NCBI GenBank assembly: GCA_945787955.1
Contig: CALZKF010000004.1
Location: 500 to 64,499 of the forward strand
DNA length: 64,000 nucleotides
Direction of reading: 5' to 3'
DNA from: an uncultured Acidobacteriota bacterium
GTDB lineage: Bacteria > Acidobacteriota > Polarisedimenticolia > Polarisedimenticolales > Polarisedimenticolaceae
A model generated the notes under the pieces. The model was not told where the DNA came from. It saw only the letters and a program-made list of their open reading frames with translations, and searched no databases. Shown here piece after piece: positions 9,751-21,400 of this stretch (the stretch's first letter is position 1; each line of letters begins with the position of its first letter). The translations under genes were made by a program, and so were the position numbers.

Positions 9751-10743
9751 TCAATCGTGGAGAAACCTTACGAACTCGTCCCGGTCCAGGCCACCGAATA
9801 CGCCCGCCAGGTCGGTCCCCAGAAGGGCGCAGCCCAGTTGATCCGGGTCGTAAGGCACGCCGATCAGGCTGCTTTCCAATCCGGTGAGATCACCGCAGCC
9901 GAGGAAATCACCGTAGATTCGGATCGTCTTGATCCGTCCTTCATGGACTTCGATCCGGGCATCGATTTTTCCGATCGGAAAGCGGTGCACCCGTTGGATG
10001 TTGAACCGGGGGGACCTGCCGTAATTCCAGTCCCATTTGCGATACACACTGTCGGCCAGGGTCCGGACCTGCTGCCACTCCTGGTTGTCGAGGTGGTAAG
10101 CCGGGATCGGATCCTGGCCGTCGAAAATGGAACGGACCAGGTGTTCCCGGAACTGTTCCATGGTGATCGGTTGCGGCAGGAATTCCGTGATGTTGGCTAC
10201 CCGGCTCCGCACCGACTTGACTCCCTTGGAGGCGATTTTATCCGTCTTGACACTCAGCGCTTCCGCCACCCGGTCCAGCCCGGAATCGAACAGCAGGGTA
10301 CCGTGGCTGAGCATGCTGTGGACGGTAGTGAACTGAGCGTTTCCGGAGATCTTGCGGCCGTCTACGGTGATATCGTTCCTGCCGCCCAGCTCGGCGTGTA
10401 CGCCCAGTCCGGCCAGCGCCCGGATCACCGGCCGGGTGAATTCCTCGAACCTCAGCATCTGGCCCTTGGCGAAGGATGTGATGAAACTGAAGTTCAAGTT
10501 GCCGTGATCATGGAACACGGCGCCGCCTCCGGAAATCCTGCGGACGACGGGGATCCCGTTTTCCCGAACATACGGCAGGTTGATCTCTTCAAGTGTGTTC
10601 TGGTGTTTTCCGATAATGATCGAAGGATCGTTGATGTATAACAGCAGGAACGGTTCGCTGGTGTCCAGGTTCCGGACACAATACTCCTCAAGCGCCAGAT
10701 TGAGGTACGGATCCCGGTTGTCGTTGTTGAAAATCAGCCGCAT
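9751..10743 (-). CDS. lplA: Lipoate-protein ligase A
   Basis: MRLIFNNDNRDPYLNLALEEY..., IIGKHQN, RRISGGGAVFHDHGNLNFSF, RKISGNAQ. The start is trimmed to ATG 10743, immediately after the kinase stop. Confidence 0.9.
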   Translation of the reverse strand: MRLIFNNDNRDPYLNLALEEYCVRNLDTSEPFLLLYINDPSIIIGKHQNTLEEINLPYVRENGIPVVRRISGGGAVFHDHGNLNFSFITSFAKGQMLRFEEFTRPVIRALAGLGVHAELGGRNDITVDGRKISGNAQFTTVHSMLSHGTLLFDSGLDRVAEALSVKTDKIASKGVKSVRSRVANITEFLPQPITMEQFREHLVRSIFDGQDPIPAYHLDNQEWQQVRTLADSVYRKWDWNYGRSPRFNIQRVHRFPIGKIDARIEVHEGRIKTIRIYGDFLGCGDLTGLESSLIGVPYDPDQLGCALLGTDLAGVFGGLDRDEFVRFLHD

Positions 10744-10745
10744 GA

Positions 10746-12086
10746 TCAGTGCAGCGCCAGTTTCTTGCCGCACCAGGGGCAGGCTTCCCAGAACCCTTTG
10801 GCCACCGGCCACTCGCATCGCGGGCACTCGTCCCGGGAGCGGCCCAGTTTCCAGGGCTTCTTGACCTTGGTGCGGCACCACGGACAGTAACGCATGAACG
10901 GCATCAGCACCTTGCGTTCACAGGACGGATTGCCGCAGCGGCCTTCATAGCGCTTGTCGGTGTATTTCCTGGCCGACGGGTCATCGAAACGGGGTCCGTA
11001 GCACCATGCACAGTACTGCCAATCCAGCTTCCGCCCACGCCGGCAGCGAGGGCATGTGTCGGGGAACCGGGTGTTGGCCCGGATCAGTTTTTCCGAGGAG
11101 CCGCACCAGGGGCAGTGGTTCATGCTGTCGGCCACCGGGCCTTTGCATTGTTCGCAACTGCCTTCCAGCCTGAGGACCTTCCGGAACTGGGCCTGGAACT
11201 GCCGGATGCGAATCTGGCGCCAGTCGAGCTGCTGGGATGAAGTCGGAACCGTTCTCCTCCCGCGGCTCTGCATGTTCATGAACCGTTTCATCCGCGGCAG
11301 CATCTTCCAGAATGCCGCCAGCATCTGGCAGGCGTCCCGGTACCGTTTGCGGTGGTCGACCTGAAGCGCACGGTGCAGGAAGGCGATCATGTCCGGGTGC
11401 ACCTTTTTCTGCAGGCGGGAATGCCCGGGGAGCGGCCAGGTATAGGGCCATTCCGGCAGCGACCCGGACAGCATGCGATAGATCACCAGCCCTGAGGAGA
11501 AGACGTCGGAGCGGAACGACGGCCTGCCCATGGCCTGCTCCGGTGCGACGTAGCCGACGGTGCCGGATCCGGAGGCGTAAAGCGTGTGGGCGGCGACCCG
11601 GGAGATCCCGAAGTCGGTCAGGCAGAGCCGGTTTCCGGGAAACAGGATCAGGTTTTCCGGTTTGACGTCGCAGTGGATGATCCGCCGGGTGTGGGCGTAA
11701 TCCAGGGCTTCCAGCAACTGCTCCGCCAGTTCCAGGGCAACCTGCTGGGTCATGCGGTGTTGCATACGGTCGCCCAGGGTTCTCTCCCCCAGGGGGTAGG
11801 CCACGACCAGGCGGCCGTCGATGAACTCGGCGTTTTTAATCGGCAGGATGTTCGGATGGTCCAGACCGGCGGTCAGCCGGACCTCCTTGCGAAGGTCCTT
11901 GAGCATTTCCTGGCTCACCAGATGCTGGTGGGGTACCCGCAGGGCCACCTTGATCCCTTCCACCGTATCCAGGGCCTGCCAGACCTCCATAAAGCCGCCG
12001 GCGCCCAGCCTGCGCTGGATCCGGTACTTGCCCAGATTCTGGCGTGCCTTGATCGGCGGCGGGACGTGGCCGCGTGTGCTCTGCAT
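10746..12086 (-). CDS. Ser/Thr protein kinase (Hanks type) with four C-terminal zinc-ribbon modules
   Basis: GAGGFMEV glycine loop, VALRV Lys, HCDVKPEN catalytic loop, DFG, GYVAPE. The C-terminal 139 aa carries 4x CxxC-x10-12-CxWC. Confidence 0.9.
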   Translation of the reverse strand: MQSTRGHVPPPIKARQNLGKYRIQRRLGAGGFMEVWQALDTVEGIKVALRVPHQHLVSQEMLKDLRKEVRLTAGLDHPNILPIKNAEFIDGRLVVAYPLGERTLGDRMQHRMTQQVALELAEQLLEALDYAHTRRIIHCDVKPENLILFPGNRLCLTDFGISRVAAHTLYASGSGTVGYVAPEQAMGRPSFRSDVFSSGLVIYRMLSGSLPEWPYTWPLPGHSRLQKKVHPDMIAFLHRALQVDHRKRYRDACQMLAAFWKMLPRMKRFMNMQSRGRRTVPTSSQQLDWRQIRIRQFQAQFRKVLRLEGSCEQCKGPVADSMNHCPWCGSSEKLIRANTRFPDTCPRCRRGRKLDWQYCAWCYGPRFDDPSARKYTDKRYEGRCGNPSCERKVLMPFMRYCPWCRTKVKKPWKLGRSRDECPRCEWPVAKGFWEACPWCGKKLALH

Positions 12087-12131
12087 CGTGCCTCTGCTTC
12101 AAAAACGGGACAAGCGATAGTAGCACAGCGG

Positions 12132-12926
12132 CTAGCGCTTCAGGATCTCCCGAATCCTGCGGTAACCCTCCTCGGTGAGCCAACGATGGCTGTCCAGCAG
12201 GTCCGGCGCCGGGCCGTCCTGCATCAGCTTCCGAAGGGCCAGGCCGATGGCCAGCTTGCCGTGCAGCCAGAGCACCAGGCGGCCTTCGAAGGCGTCGAGG
12301 AACCGGTTGGCTACCGGTTCCAGCAGGGCCGGGTCGGCTTCCGGCATGAGCTCCAGCTCCATCTCGGCATGCCGGCATTCGTGACCGCCCGGGCTGTACG
12401 CCACCTGGTCGATAACCATCTCGGCGAACCGGTCCGATCCGGCCTTGTTCCGGAGCACATCCCGGGTCTCTCGGACCATGATCCGGTTCTGGAACGGTTC
12501 CAGGCCGGCTGCGGCCATCAGGTCTTCCCGGGAGGGGAGTTCGGAATGGTTCCAGTCGCCGCGGAGAGTGATACCTCGTGATGCCAGTTCACTGAAGACA
12601 CGGGCCGTGGACTCTGCGGTCCAGGGCAATTCAAGCTCAAGGCGGGTGCGGGAGCCACCGGGGTTCCTGGTGGAAGGGCCCTTCAGGGTGATCCGGGTTT
12701 CCTGTTCGAGTTTGCGGATCCGGACGGCGAAACGGGAGTTCCGCAGCCGCCGGCCGGGGGTGTCCAGGTAGCTGTCCCGGACCGTTTCCCGCCGGGGGTT
12801 CAGCAGGCGGTACGGACCTATCCGCTCCAGAGCCTGGAGCTCGTGAAGGGTATCCTGCCGCCGCTCCGCCGTGAGGCGCAGAGTCGTTTCGGTCTCGGTC
12901 AGGGCGGCGGCCGTGATTGTTTCCAT
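12132..12926 (-). CDS. CYTH (triphosphate tunnel metalloenzyme) domain protein
   Basis: Alternating charged beta-strand signatures ([23 protein letters not shown]). ATG at 12926; the track start at 12941 is TTG. Confidence 0.65.
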   Translation of the reverse strand: METITAAALTETETTLRLTAERRQDTLHELQALERIGPYRLLNPRRETVRDSYLDTPGRRLRNSRFAVRIRKLEQETRITLKGPSTRNPGGSRTRLELELPWTAESTARVFSELASRGITLRGDWNHSELPSREDLMAAAGLEPFQNRIMVRETRDVLRNKAGSDRFAEMVIDQVAYSPGGHECRHAEMELELMPEADPALLEPVANRFLDAFEGRLVLWLHGKLAIGLALRKLMQDGPAPDLLDSHRWLTEEGYRRIREILKR

Positions 12927-12949
12927 GCCTGGAGTGTACAATCATCACC

Positions 12950-13978
12950 ATGGTAAAGAAGATATATCTGGCGCGTCCCCGTGGGTTCTGCGCCGGTGTG
13001 GTCATGGCGATCCAGGCTGTGGAAGAAACTGCGGACGCCATGAAGGCTTCCGGCAAGGGCGAACTGGTGGTCTACCATTCCATCGTCCACAACGATACGG
13101 TGGTGGACCGGCTGGAGCGGGAGCGGGGCGTACATTTCCTGGAAGATCTGGACGAAGCCGAGGCTCTGGCACGGGAGGTGGAACGGCGCGGCTCCAGGCT
13201 GTCGGACACTGTGGTGTTTTCCGCCCACGGCATCAGCCCCGAGGTGCGCAAACGGGCCGATGAACTGGGGATGGCGACCCTGGACGCCACCTGCCCTCTG
13301 GTCACGAAGGTCCACAGCGAGGCGACGAAGTACGCCGCCCTCGGTTACCACATCCTTCTGATCGGTGATTCCACCCGGCACCAGGAAGTGATCGGCACCG
13401 TTGGGCAGGCCCCGGATCGGACTACGGTGGTCAGCGTGATGGGTAACCGCAAGGAAGACCCGGCGCTGGCCGACCCGGAAACGGTGCAAGTGCCGGACCC
13501 GGACCGTGTGGTGGTGCTGACCCAGACTACATTGAGCGTCGATCTGACCATGCAGACCGTGGAGATTCTGAAACGAAGGTTTCCGAACCTGGTGGTCCCC
13601 AGCCGGGACGACCTGTGCTATGCAACCAAGAACCGCCAGGATGCGGTCCGGAAAATCGGTTCCGACGTGGAACTGTTCCTTGTAGTGACCAGCAGCTACA
13701 GCAGCAACGGCATGCGGCTGCTGGAGCTGGCGGAAGAGGTCACCGGGAACGCCCGCCGCATCGAGCGCGTCAACGACATCCGTGAGGACTGGCTTGCCGG
13801 CATCGAGTCGGTGGGAGTGACCTCAGCCGCATCCACACCGGAGGATCTGGTGCAGGATGTGGTGGCCTGGTTCTCCGACAGGAACCCTGACCTCAAGATC
13901 ATGGAAGAGGGAGAATGGGAAGGAATCACTTTCCGCAAGCCGGAACGGGTCCTCCCCCAGGGCCATGACACGAGGTGA
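12950..13978 (+). CDS. ispH: 4-hydroxy-3-methylbut-2-enyl diphosphate reductase
   Basis: [34 protein letters not shown] and QTTLS motifs are present. Confidence 0.92.
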   Translation: MVKKIYLARPRGFCAGVVMAIQAVEETADAMKASGKGELVVYHSIVHNDTVVDRLERERGVHFLEDLDEAEALAREVERRGSRLSDTVVFSAHGISPEVRKRADELGMATLDATCPLVTKVHSEATKYAALGYHILLIGDSTRHQEVIGTVGQAPDRTTVVSVMGNRKEDPALADPETVQVPDPDRVVVLTQTTLSVDLTMQTVEILKRRFPNLVVPSRDDLCYATKNRQDAVRKIGSDVELFLVVTSSYSSNGMRLLELAEEVTGNARRIERVNDIREDWLAGIESVGVTSAASTPEDLVQDVVAWFSDRNPDLKIMEEGEWEGITFRKPERVLPQGHDTR

Positions 13979-14957
13979 AATCAGACCGCTGAGCGTGGCC
14001 CCGATGATGGATCGGACCGACCGGCACTTCCGGTACTTCATTCGCCGCATCACCAGCCGGACCCTGCTGTACAGTGAGATGGTCACCACCGGCGCGATCC
14101 TTCACGGCGACCGGGATCGTTATCTCGCCTTTGACCCGGCCGAGAAGCCGCTGGCGCTGCAACTGGGCGGCGACGACCCGGCCGACCTGGCCCGGTGTGC
14201 GGTGATAGGATCCGAATACGGTTACGACGAAATCAACCTCAACGCAGGATGCCCCAGCGACCGGGTGCAGCGCGGCTCCTTCGGCGCCGCTCTGATGGCA
14301 AGACCGGGGCAGGTGGCGGCGGCGGTCGAGGCGATGCGGACGGCGGTCGACCTGCCTGTGACGGTGAAACACCGCATCGGGATCGACGATCTGGATCGCT
14401 ACGAAGACATGTCCGCATTCGTGAAAGCGGTGGCCGCCGCAGGCTGCGACCGGTTCTCGGTGCATGCCCGCAAGGCCTGGCTCAAGGGCCTCAGCGCAAA
14501 AGAGAACCGCACCGTCCCGCCTCTGAGGTATGAGGACGTCTACAGGCTGAAGCAAGAGAACCCGGAACTCACCATCGAGATCAACGGCGGCATCGTTTCC
14601 CTGGAGGAAACGGAGTCCCATCTCCAGCATGTGGACGGCGTCATGATCGGCCGTGCCGCCTACGACGACCCGTACATCCTGGCGGAGGCCGACAGCAGGT
14701 TGTTCGGGGAGGACCGGCCGGTTCCGAGCCGGGAGGAGATCGTCCGCAGGCTGGTCCCTTACGTGCAGGACTGCAGGGATCGTGACGTCTACCTCAGCCG
14801 GGTGGTGCGACACATGCTCGGCCTGTACGCCGGGATCCGTGGCGCCAGGGCCTGGAGACGGATCCTCACGGTGGAAGGCTGCCGGCCGGGCGCCGGCCCC
14901 GAGGTGCTGTTGAAGGCGATGGAAACGGTGGAACAGGCCCGGATGGAGCAGGCATGA
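13965..14957 (+). CDS. dusA: tRNA-dihydrouridine synthase A
   Basis: [26 protein letters not shown] and VKHRIG motifs. It overlaps the ispH end by 14 nt. Confidence 0.9.
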   Translation: MTRGEIRPLSVAPMMDRTDRHFRYFIRRITSRTLLYSEMVTTGAILHGDRDRYLAFDPAEKPLALQLGGDDPADLARCAVIGSEYGYDEINLNAGCPSDRVQRGSFGAALMARPGQVAAAVEAMRTAVDLPVTVKHRIGIDDLDRYEDMSAFVKAVAAAGCDRFSVHARKAWLKGLSAKENRTVPPLRYEDVYRLKQENPELTIEINGGIVSLEETESHLQHVDGVMIGRAAYDDPYILAEADSRLFGEDRPVPSREEIVRRLVPYVQDCRDRDVYLSRVVRHMLGLYAGIRGARAWRRILTVEGCRPGAGPEVLLKAMETVEQARMEQA

Positions 14958-15343
14958 TCCCCGAAAGCGAACTGGGGTTCGAGTACACCCACGCCGGCGG
15001 TCCCGGCGGGCAACACGTCAACAAGGTCGCCACCAAGGCGATCCTGCTGTTTGACGTTGAAGCTTCTCCCAGTCTCGAAGATTTCGAGAAGGCAAGAATC
15101 ATGGAGAAGCTTGCCACCCGGATCAACAAGGAAGGGATCCTGAAGGTCAGCTGCCGCCGGTTCCGCTCCCAAGCCATGAACCGGGATGCGGCGGTGGCCC
15201 GATTTCACGAACTGATCGAAGCAGCCCTGGCCGTGCCGAAGAAGCGGCGCAAGACCCGGATCAGTCGCAGGCAAAAAGCGAAACGCCTGGACGACAAGAA
15301 GAAGCGCTCCCGGTTGAAGCGGGATCGGCGGGCGACGGAATAG
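14954..15343 (+). CDS. arfB: Alternative ribosome-rescue factor / peptidyl-tRNA hydrolase ArfB
   Basis: GPGGQHVNKV (GGQ motif) and a basic C-terminal tail KKRRKTRISRRQKAKR. ATGA overlap with dusA. Confidence 0.9.
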   Translation: MIPESELGFEYTHAGGPGGQHVNKVATKAILLFDVEASPSLEDFEKARIMEKLATRINKEGILKVSCRRFRSQAMNRDAAVARFHELIEAALAVPKKRRKTRISRRQKAKRLDDKKKRSRLKRDRRATE

Positions 15344-15369
15344 GCCGGTCCTGCAAGATTACCGGTGCC

Positions 15370-16458
<1,089 letters not shown>

Positions 16459-16570
16459 GATGTTACCTCCCGATACCCGCTCCAGGTACCATACTGTGTT
16501 CCTACCGGAGTTGCATCCCGGGGAATCAAAAACGACCGGCCATTGTTGGTTATTCCCTGGAGGAAACAAA

Positions 16571-16837
16571 ATGCTCGCAAGAAGCTGGAACAATGCGGTT
16601 CCGGTCTGTCTGATCCTGTTGTTGTCGGCGGGAGCCGCCGTTGCGAAGGATCCGGTCAATCAGTCGACGCTGGGCGGAATCGCGATCAAGGGCACCGACC
16701 CCAAGGCCTGGAGAATCGTGGACGGCAAGCTGTACCTGAATTATTCCCTCGAGGTACAGGCGACCTGGGAAGCGGATATCCCCCGATTTATCAGGCTGGC
16801 CGATGAAAACTACCCGATAATCTTCGAAAAACCGTAA
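16571..16837 (+). CDS. Small secreted protein, YHS-domain-like (hypothetical)
   Basis: 88 aa with signal peptide [25 protein letters not shown] and a [17 protein letters not shown] resembles the N-terminal motif of YHS-like secreted proteins. Confidence 0.55.
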   Translation: MLARSWNNAVPVCLILLLSAGAAVAKDPVNQSTLGGIAIKGTDPKAWRIVDGKLYLNYSLEVQATWEADIPRFIRLADENYPIIFEKP

Positions 16838-16926
16838 AAAACCTGAGCCGCTTCTGGCGCAGACCGGCACAGCGCCGTATAAAAGTCGTTCCGGCCGGAG
16901 GGGAGTCCGGCCGACAGGAGCCCCCC

Positions 16927-19900
16927 ATGTCCAAGATTTCCCGTGCCTTCCTATGCGTATTCTGCCTGACCGCCGTTTCGAGTGGGCTGTTCGTTAAGGC
17001 AATCGAGCCACCGGCCCCAGCCGGCCTGGACCAGCGTGTCCGTCGATTAGCGCCGGTGGTGGACGAACTGGTACCCGTCGAGGCTGCCGCATCGCCGACT
17101 GCCGGACTGGACCGCTTCCGCTCCCGCACCGGCGGTATCTGGTGGGGGAGTCTGGTGGCCGGTTCCGGGCGGGCAGGGCTGATATCCGGAAGCGGGATGC
17201 AGATCCTGCCGATCGGCGGGGACTCAACCGCAGGCCTCCCGGACCTGGAACAGCGTGTGCGCAGCTTCATAGCCACCTGGCCGGAGCTGCTGGCGCCGGG
17301 GGCGGCTGAACTGGTGCTCTCCACCAGGCGCAGCGCAGTTCACAACGGCGGCCTCCTGGCTTATGTCGATTTCGACCTGCAGCACGCCGGCCGTCCGGTC
17401 CACGGCGCCCAGGTTTTCGCCCGGATCAACCACGGACGGGTCATCCAGTTCGGGACCGTGCTGGTCGGCGGCGAGTTCGATACGGACCAGCCGGTGCTGA
17501 GCCTGGACCAGGCAACCGCTGCTCTGTTTGAATACGTCGGTGGGAAGGGGGAACTGGACGCACTGTTCGGAGAGCAAGATCTGTATTACCTCCCGGTTCG
17601 CTCCGGCTCCGGCCTGGAATACCGCCTGGTCTACGAGATCGCCTTCCGCCGTGGTGGTGAGGCGGCGACCTGGACCGGCCGGGTCGGCGCCGTGGACGGC
17701 CAGGTTCTGGAGTTTTTCGACGCCAACCTCTACGGCGAAGTGACCGGCGGTACCTATGAACGCACCGTCACCGATCCGGAAGTAGTCCGTCCGTTCTTCG
17801 ACGCGCAACTGGGCGACGGTACGGTGACCGATCGTGCCGGTTATTTTGACTTCGGCGGGGGAACGGCTTCAACCGTCCTGGGCGGCCGGTACTTTCGGAT
17901 GGCGTGCGACGGTTGCACCAACCCGGCAGCGGTTTCGACCGAGACCGACCTGGGGCTGGGCTGGCTGCGCCTCGGCACAGGCGGTGCGGACGAAGTCGGA
18001 AACGGTATCTCCACCGTGGCGGAGCGCAACGCGTTCTACCACCTCACCATGATCCGCCTTCAGGCAACCAAGTGGCTTTCTCTGGGTTGGCTGGACACGA
18101 CGATCACCACCAATGTGAATATTGCCGACACCTGCAACGCGTTCTGGAACGGTACGGCCAACTTCTATCGTTCCGGCGGCGGCTGCAACAACACCGGCGA
18201 GATCGCCGACGTCATGCAGCACGAGTGGGGCCACGGGCTGGACGGCAACACGCTGAGCGGCGATTCGGCCACCGGCGAGGGCACCGCGGACCATGTGGCG
18301 TTCATCCTGCAGCATCATTCGGTCATAGGGCCGTACTTCCGGACTACCGGTGGCGGTGTCCGTGATGTGAACAAGGACACCAGCCCCCGGGGTCTCATGA
18401 CCTATTCCAACGTCCTGACCAAGTGCGGCACCGGTCCCTGCCTCGGCCCTCTGGGGCGGGAATGCCACTGTGAGGGCGAGATCTACGGCCAGGCCGGCTG
18501 GGACCTGGCCCAACTGTTGGTGGCCAGGCACGGTTACCACACCGGCTGGCAGGAGTTCGAACGGCTGTTCTATACGTCCCTGGCCCAGTCCGGCACCTAC
18601 GAGCCGAACCTTGCCAACAGCATCTACGACGCCATGCTGGCGGCCGATGACGACGACGGTAACCTGGCCAACGGCACTCCCAACGGCCAGGAGATCTACG
18701 ATGCCTATAACCTTCACGAAATCGCCGGGTCGCCGGTCGGATCGTCCCCCTACTGCTCCCGGCCCGCCGAGCCTGTAGTCACCGTGGACGATACCTGCGG
18801 CACACTGGAACTGTCCTGGGATGCCGTGCCAGGCGCCGTAGAGTACCGGGTGATGCGGCAGCCGCTGTCCGATACCAAGGCGTTCCTGCCGGTTGCCACC
18901 GTCACCGAAACCTTCTATTCCGACGACCAGGTCGCCCCCGGCGCCACCTACTACTACGTTGTTGAGGCGCTGGACCCGGGTCAGTGCCGATCCACCATCG
19001 AAAACGTTCAGACGGTTACAGGTCCCCAGAAACCGCTGATCGGCATCACCGCCCTGCGCACCGACGACCTGCCGGCCGGAAACCGATCCGGAACGGTGGA
19101 CCCGGGTGAAGCGGTGGACCTGTTTTTTACGCTGGAAAACATTTCCTCACTGGGCGGGACCGGGATCACCGGTACCATGAGCACAACCGCGCCGGGCGTA
19201 ACCCTGGATATCGCCAGCCACGGATTCAACGACCTGGCGCCGGGAGCGGTCACCGAAAACGACACCGGCCTGCGGTTCTCCCTGGATGAAACAGTGACCT
19301 GCGGCGACACACTGGATTTCACCTTCACGGCCACCGACGATTCGGCCTGCGCAGTGGATACGCAGCAGTTCGGGATTCAGGTCGGCGTGGACGATATCCG
19401 CCAGTCCGACACCTTCGACACCGATAACGGATGGGTGTTCGACGCCGTCGGATCCACCGCAACCAGCGGCGCCTGGACACGAGGTGACCCGGACCCGTCC
19501 GGCTACCAGCCCGGAGATGATTCCGATGATGCCGGGACCCTGGCATGGTTCACCGCCCCCAACGCCGGCGGTGACGGAGTCGATGACGTGGACGACGGCG
19601 AAGTCGTACTGCTGTCACCGCAGATCGACCTGAGCACCATGACCCGGCCTCGGGTCGGTTATCAGCGCTGGTATGCCAACCGGGATATCGGGGAAGACCC
19701 GGATGATTACTTCTGGGTCGAGGCCTCGGACAATGACGGATCGACCTGGGTCACCGTGGAAAAACTCGGATCGGATGTCAACGCTCCGGCCTGGACCGCG
19801 GTTTCCTTCGACCTGGCAGGGCTGATCTCCTTCACCAGCCAGGTCAGGTTCCGGGTTCGGGTCTCCGACGGCACCCTGGACGGCAACCTGATCGAAGGCG

Positions 19901-21387
19901 CTCTGGACGATTTCAAAATTACCGAGCCGGTCTGCGACCTGACGCCGCCCTGCTTCGTGGAGCCGGCCTTCACCGGACTCGACGGGGTGAGTCCCGGACC
20001 GGATTGCGCCGAGGTCTCCCTGTCGTGGTCCGCCGCGTCCACCAACTGCCAGAACGCAGAGATCAGCTACAGCATCTATCGGTCCACCGATCCGGCGTTC
20101 CAGCCGTCCGCGGCCAACCGGATCGCGGAGGGGATCACCGGTCTCAGCTTCACGGATAATCTCCTTCAGCCTGGGCAGACCTACCATTACATCGCGAGGG
20201 CGATGGATACCCGATCAGGTGAAGACTCCAACCTGGTCCGGGTGCAGGTCGCCTCTCCGGTCGCTCCGGACACCAAGGCGCCGGTATTCAATGGATTGGT
20301 CAACGCCGGTTCCGGCGCCGGTTGTGGTGAAGCCGTTCTGGTGTGGGACGCGGCCCTTGAGACCTGTTCCACGCCGGTGCAGTACCGGGTCTACCGGTCG
20401 ACCACCGCCGGGTTCACACCCGGTCCGGCCACCCTGGTGGCCGAAACATCCGGCCTGGGACTGGTGGATGCCGGACTCGCCCCGAACCAGGATTACCACT
20501 ACATCGTACAGGCGGTGGATTCGACAGGCTTGGCCGACGGGAATGTGCTGGAGCGGCCGGTGACCGCCACCGTGCTCCCTGAAGTTCTTTCCCTCGAAGA
20601 CTTCGAGGGCGGCGCCGCCGGCTGGTCCCGGACCGGTCTCAATGATGCCGTGTCCGGCCTGTGGGAACTGGGGGATCCGGCAGGTACCGCCGCCCAGCCG
20701 GACAGTTGCGCTTCAGGCGTTTCCTGCTGGGTCACCGGACTGGCCGGCCCCGGCCTGGGAGACAACGATATCGATACCGGTACGACCACCCTGCTGTCCG
20801 GACCGTTCAGCCTGCTGGGTATGGCCGAGCCGGCGGTGCGGTATATGCGCTACTACTCCAACGATACCGGCTCGACTCCGGGAACCGACACCTGGACAGT
20901 GGAGATTTCGTCCGACGACGGCGGTAACTGGACGGTACTGGAACAGACCATGCAGTCCGATTCCGGCCTGGTCCACACTCAGGTGGAACTGCCCCTGCCG
21001 GGCGGGATGACCGCCACCGACACCATGCGACTGCAGTTCACCGCCGCGGATCTGGCTGACGGCTCCCTGGTGGAGGCGGAGCTGGATGATTTCCAGACCG
21101 TGGACCTGGCAGGTGGTTGCGACGATTGCGCCGCGCCACAGACCGTGGGGACGATCTTCCTCAACCTGGACGGCGGCGATATCGTTCTGGACTGGACCGC
21201 CGATGTCGTGACGGCGGACCGGTTCAAGGTCTACGCCCTGAACGGCGCGGACTTCTCCGTCCCGACCCTGATCGGAACAAGCGACGGCAAGAGCTTCCGT
21301 CATGCGGGAGGGGCGCTGACCCCCGGACTGACCGGGTACCGGGTGTCCGCCATGAACGGTTGCGCCGAAGAGGGAGCGCTGAAGTAA
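16927..21387 (+). CDS. Large secreted zinc metalloprotease (M36/fungalysin-like gluzincin) with FN3 repeats and two MAM/jelly-roll-like domains
   Basis: Signal peptide present. MQHEWGHGLD ... GEGTADH matches the HExxH + GEGxxD pattern. There are 3-4 FN3-like units (LSWDAVPGAVEYRVMR..YYYVVEA; YSIYRS..YHYIARA; YRVYRS..YHYIVQA) and two ~170-aa modules ending in ALDDFKI / ELDDFQT. Confidence 0.85.
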   Translation: MSKISRAFLCVFCLTAVSSGLFVKAIEPPAPAGLDQRVRRLAPVVDELVPVEAAASPTAGLDRFRSRTGGIWWGSLVAGSGRAGLISGSGMQILPIGGDSTAGLPDLEQRVRSFIATWPELLAPGAAELVLSTRRSAVHNGGLLAYVDFDLQHAGRPVHGAQVFARINHGRVIQFGTVLVGGEFDTDQPVLSLDQATAALFEYVGGKGELDALFGEQDLYYLPVRSGSGLEYRLVYEIAFRRGGEAATWTGRVGAVDGQVLEFFDANLYGEVTGGTYERTVTDPEVVRPFFDAQLGDGTVTDRAGYFDFGGGTASTVLGGRYFRMACDGCTNPAAVSTETDLGLGWLRLGTGGADEVGNGISTVAERNAFYHLTMIRLQATKWLSLGWLDTTITTNVNIADTCNAFWNGTANFYRSGGGCNNTGEIADVMQHEWGHGLDGNTLSGDSATGEGTADHVAFILQHHSVIGPYFRTTGGGVRDVNKDTSPRGLMTYSNVLTKCGTGPCLGPLGRECHCEGEIYGQAGWDLAQLLVARHGYHTGWQEFERLFYTSLAQSGTYEPNLANSIYDAMLAADDDDGNLANGTPNGQEIYDAYNLHEIAGSPVGSSPYCSRPAEPVVTVDDTCGTLELSWDAVPGAVEYRVMRQPLSDTKAFLPVATVTETFYSDDQVAPGATYYYVVEALDPGQCRSTIENVQTVTGPQKPLIGITALRTDDLPAGNRSGTVDPGEAVDLFFTLENISSLGGTGITGTMSTTAPGVTLDIASHGFNDLAPGAVTENDTGLRFSLDETVTCGDTLDFTFTATDDSACAVDTQQFGIQVGVDDIRQSDTFDTDNGWVFDAVGSTATSGAWTRGDPDPSGYQPGDDSDDAGTLAWFTAPNAGGDGVDDVDDGEVVLLSPQIDLSTMTRPRVGYQRWYANRDIGEDPDDYFWVEASDNDGSTWVTVEKLGSDVNAPAWTAVSFDLAGLISFTSQVRFRVRVSDGTLDGNLIEGALDDFKITEPVCDLTPPCFVEPAFTGLDGVSPGPDCAEVSLSWSAASTNCQNAEISYSIYRSTDPAFQPSAANRIAEGITGLSFTDNLLQPGQTYHYIARAMDTRSGEDSNLVRVQVASPVAPDTKAPVFNGLVNAGSGAGCGEAVLVWDAALETCSTPVQYRVYRSTTAGFTPGPATLVAETSGLGLVDAGLAPNQDYHYIVQAVDSTGLADGNVLERPVTATVLPEVLSLEDFEGGAAGWSRTGLNDAVSGLWELGDPAGTAAQPDSCASGVSCWVTGLAGPGLGDNDIDTGTTTLLSGPFSLLGMAEPAVRYMRYYSNDTGSTPGTDTWTVEISSDDGGNWTVLEQTMQSDSGLVHTQVELPLPGGMTATDTMRLQFTAADLADGSLVEAELDDFQTVDLAGGCDDCAAPQTVGTIFLNLDGGDIVLDWTADVVTADRFKVYALNGADFSVPTLIGTSDGKSFRHAGGALTPGLTGYRVSAMNGCAEEGALK

Positions 21388-21400
21388 ACTGGCAGACGCC

